A DNA stretch of 64,000 bases, from assembly GCF_009914755.1 (NCBI RefSeq), contig NC_060946.1; one strand, written 5' to 3'. Below, in pieces: positions 61,040-64,000 of the stretch (position 1 is its first letter; each line of letters opens with the position of its first letter). The DNA comes from the human T2T-CHM13v2.0 reference genome, Homo sapiens. The notes beneath the pieces are model-generated. The model saw nothing but the letters and a program-made list of their open reading frames with translations, did not search any database and was not told where the DNA came from. The position numbers and the translations under genes were made by a program.

Positions 61040-62860
61040 ACTTTTATTTTTATTTTTATTTTTATTTTTGTGTTGGTTTGTTATTGTGGTAAAATATACA
61101 TAATATATAATTTGCCATTTTAACGATTTTTAAGGATACAGTTCAGTGGCATTAAGTGTATTCACATTGTTGTGCAACTGTCACCGTTATCCATTTCCAG
61201 AAGTTTCTTCATCTTCCCAAACTGAAACTCTATACCCATTAAACAATAATTCCTCATCTCCCTCTCCCCATAGTCCCTGGCAATCATCATTCTATTTTCT
61301 GTCTCTATTAATTTGACTACTCTATATACCTTACACAAGTGGAATTATATAATATTTGTTCTTTTTTGACTGGCTTATTTCACTTAGCATAATGTCCTCA
61401 AGGTTCATCCATGTTTGAGCATGTATCAGAATATCTTTCCTTTTAAAGCTGAATAATATTCCATTGTATGTATATACCATATTTTGTTTATCCATTCATC
61501 TATTGATGGACAGGTGGGTTGCTTCTACCTTTTGGTTATTGTGAATAACGCTGCTATGAACATGGGTGTACAAATATTTGTTCAAGTTCCTGCTTTCAGT
61601 CCTTTTGGATATGTACCCAGCAGTGGAATTGCTGGATAATATGGTAATTCTATTTTTAATTTTTTGAAGAACTGCCCTACTATTTTCCATAGCAGCTGCA
61701 CCATTTAACATTTCTACCAGCAATGCACAAGGGTTCCAGTTTCTTCACAGCATCCCCAACTTGTTATTTTCTGTTTTATTTTTTACTAATAACTATTATA
61801 ATGAGTATGAAGTGGTATATCTTTGTGGCTTTAATTTGCATCTCTGATGATAGTGATATTGAGCATCTTTTCATGTGCTTATTGGCTAATTGCATATCTT
61901 ATTTAGAGAAATGTCTCTTCAAGTCCTTTGCCCATCTTAAACTCAGGATTTTGTTTGTTTTTTTGCTGGTTTGTATTTTAAGAGACAGCGTCTCACTATG
62001 TTGCCCAGGCTGGTCCCAAACTCCTGGGCTCAGGCGATCCTCCTGCCTCAGCCTCCTGAGTAGCTGGGATTACAAGTGTGAGCCACCATACCCACTAAAA
62101 TCAGGTTGTTTTGTTGTTGTTGAGTTGTAGGAATGCTTCATACATTTTGGACATTAACCCATTATTAGATAAATGATTTGCAAATATTTTCTCTCATTCC
62201 ATGGGTTGCCTTCTTGATAATAGCATCCTTTGATGCACAAAAGTTTTAAATTTTGAAGTCCAATTTACCTATTTTTTCTTTTGCCTTTGTTTTTTGTGTC
62301 ATATCTAAGAAATCCTTGTTAATTCCAATGTTATGATGATTTTCCCTATGTTTTCTTGTTTTGGCTCTTAGGTTTAGGTCTTTGATCCTTTCTGAGTTAA
62401 CTTTTGTGTATGATCTAAGATAAAGGTCTAACTTCATTCTTTTGCATATGGATATTCCATTTTCTTAACAGCGTTTGTTGAAAAGACTATCTTTCCTCAT
62501 TGAAAATCATTTGACCATATACATGAGGGTTTATTTCTGGGCTCTTTACTCTACTCCATTGGTCTATATGCCTGTCTTTATGCCAGTACCACACTGTTTT
62601 GATTACTGTAGGTTTGTAGTAAGCTTTGAAATCAGGAAATGTGAGACCTCCAACTTTGTTTTTCTTATTCAAGATTGTTTTGGTCATTTGGAGATCCTTG
62701 AGATCCCATATAAATTTTAGAATGGGTTTTTCTATCTCTGCAAAAAATTTTATTGGGATTTTGAGAAAGGTTGTGTTGAGTCTGTAGATTGCTTTGGGTA
62801 GTATTGACATCTTAACCATATTGTCTTTCAATCTATGAATGCAGATGTCTTTCCATGGTC
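61040..62860 (-). mobile_element. L1MB 3' UTR and ORF2 C-terminal region with nested FLAM (~61975-62095)
   Basis: ORF 62487..62876 ([52 protein letters not shown]) is L1 ORF2p. Confidence 0.9.
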
Positions 62861-63611
62861 TCATCATTTTATACATTTTATATGTTGCTTAAGAGGGTCT
62901 TCCCAATGCTAAAGTTATAAATAATTTTTTTCTATATTTTGTTTTAATAGATTTGTAGTTTGGGTTTACATATTTGTTTCCTTAAGTTAGCTGGGATATT
63001 TCCCCCAGTATGATAACTTTTTCCCATTTTATTGGTACCACCTGAATAGTCTGCCAATTCCCTGGTAATTGAAATGCCACCTTTTTCATAAACCATAGCA
63101 TAGGTTTGTTTTTAGATTTTTCTCTTCTATTTCACTGATCCATATATCTACTCTTGTGATATAATTTTTAATTACCTTTATTTTATAGTAGCTTTTGATA
63201 TCTGGTAGGGTAACTGTTTCCCCTCATTCTTCTTCTTTTTGTTTATTCCCTTTATTTTTATTATTATTATTCTTTTTCTTTATTCTTCATTCTTCTTCTT
63301 TTTTTATTCTCTTTATTATTATTATTCCCCTCATTATTCTTCTTTTTCATTATTCTTTTTAAGGTTTTCCCATATATTTTCTCTTTCAGATGACTATTAG
63401 AATCAGCCTAACAAGTTCCAACAGACATATTATTGGAATTTTGATTGAGATTACATTTATTTGATGAATTAATCTTGGGAAACTTATTTTTATAATAATA
63501 TGCCTTTGTGTTTTGAGGAAACATTATTTCTAGTATCTATATTCCTATTATCAACATAATCCCTAAGAAATTTTCTATTTACTTGTATAATATTCAAGAT
63601 TGCCATGTAGA

Positions 63612-63815
63612 ATAGCTCTGTCCAATAGAACTTTCCATGATAATAAAAATGTTCTGTATCTGTGATGTCAAATAGGTAGCCACTTACCACATGTGGCTAT
63701 TGAGCACCAGAAATGTGGCTAATGCAACTGAGGAAGTAAATTTTAAGTTTTATTTCATTTTGATTAAATGTAAATGGCCACATGTAGCTAATAGCTATCA
63801 TATTAGACAGTACGG
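63612..63815. mobile_element. MER3 hAT-Charlie element
   Basis: ctgtccaatagaactttc..gtagccacttaccacatgtggctattgagcac..tattagacag. Confidence 0.8.
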
Positions 63816-64000
63816 CTTTTGAATGTATGAATAAATGTGTAACTGAACACTTTTGTAAGTAGTAGAGGTAGTGTAGCAAAGAATTATTGATACCTACTGT
63901 GTGAAAGACATTGTGTAAAGCATTGCAGAGAGGCAAAAGGCCATAAAATTAATACACATTAATTCCTAAATAAAAATCCAATCCAAGTATAAGACAATTT

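Overview
Primate (almost certainly human) genomic DNA from inside the meiotic HORMA-domain gene HORMAD2 (+ strand). Seven internal coding exons (789-19562, probably exons 4-10, including 21-nt and 27-nt micro-exons) splice with canonical AG/GT ends into one open frame ([16 protein letters not shown]...[13 protein letters not shown]). The remaining ~44 kb is the start of the long last intron; the first exons and the terminal coding exon lie outside the window. The introns hold two antisense processed pseudogenes (RPL36, RPS3A), about 40 Alu copies or fragments, old L1/L2/MIR, two solo LTRs and several DNA-transposon fossils. Nearly all ORF-track entries are repeat-derived noise. I see no new gene system. 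The most unusual structure is a multi-step templated rearrangement at 30552-32021. (i) A 43-nt patch copied from the decayed RPS3A pseudogene 3.5 kb away is fused to an L1 3' tip, between 9-bp duplications. (ii) A ~250-bp, ~98% identical inverted copy of that region is written into the 3' end of a nearby Alu, with three overlapping perfect palindromes at one junction and a flipped Alu hairpin with 5-nt microhomology at the other. Repeat subfamily calls and most repeat boundaries are by eye and approximate.
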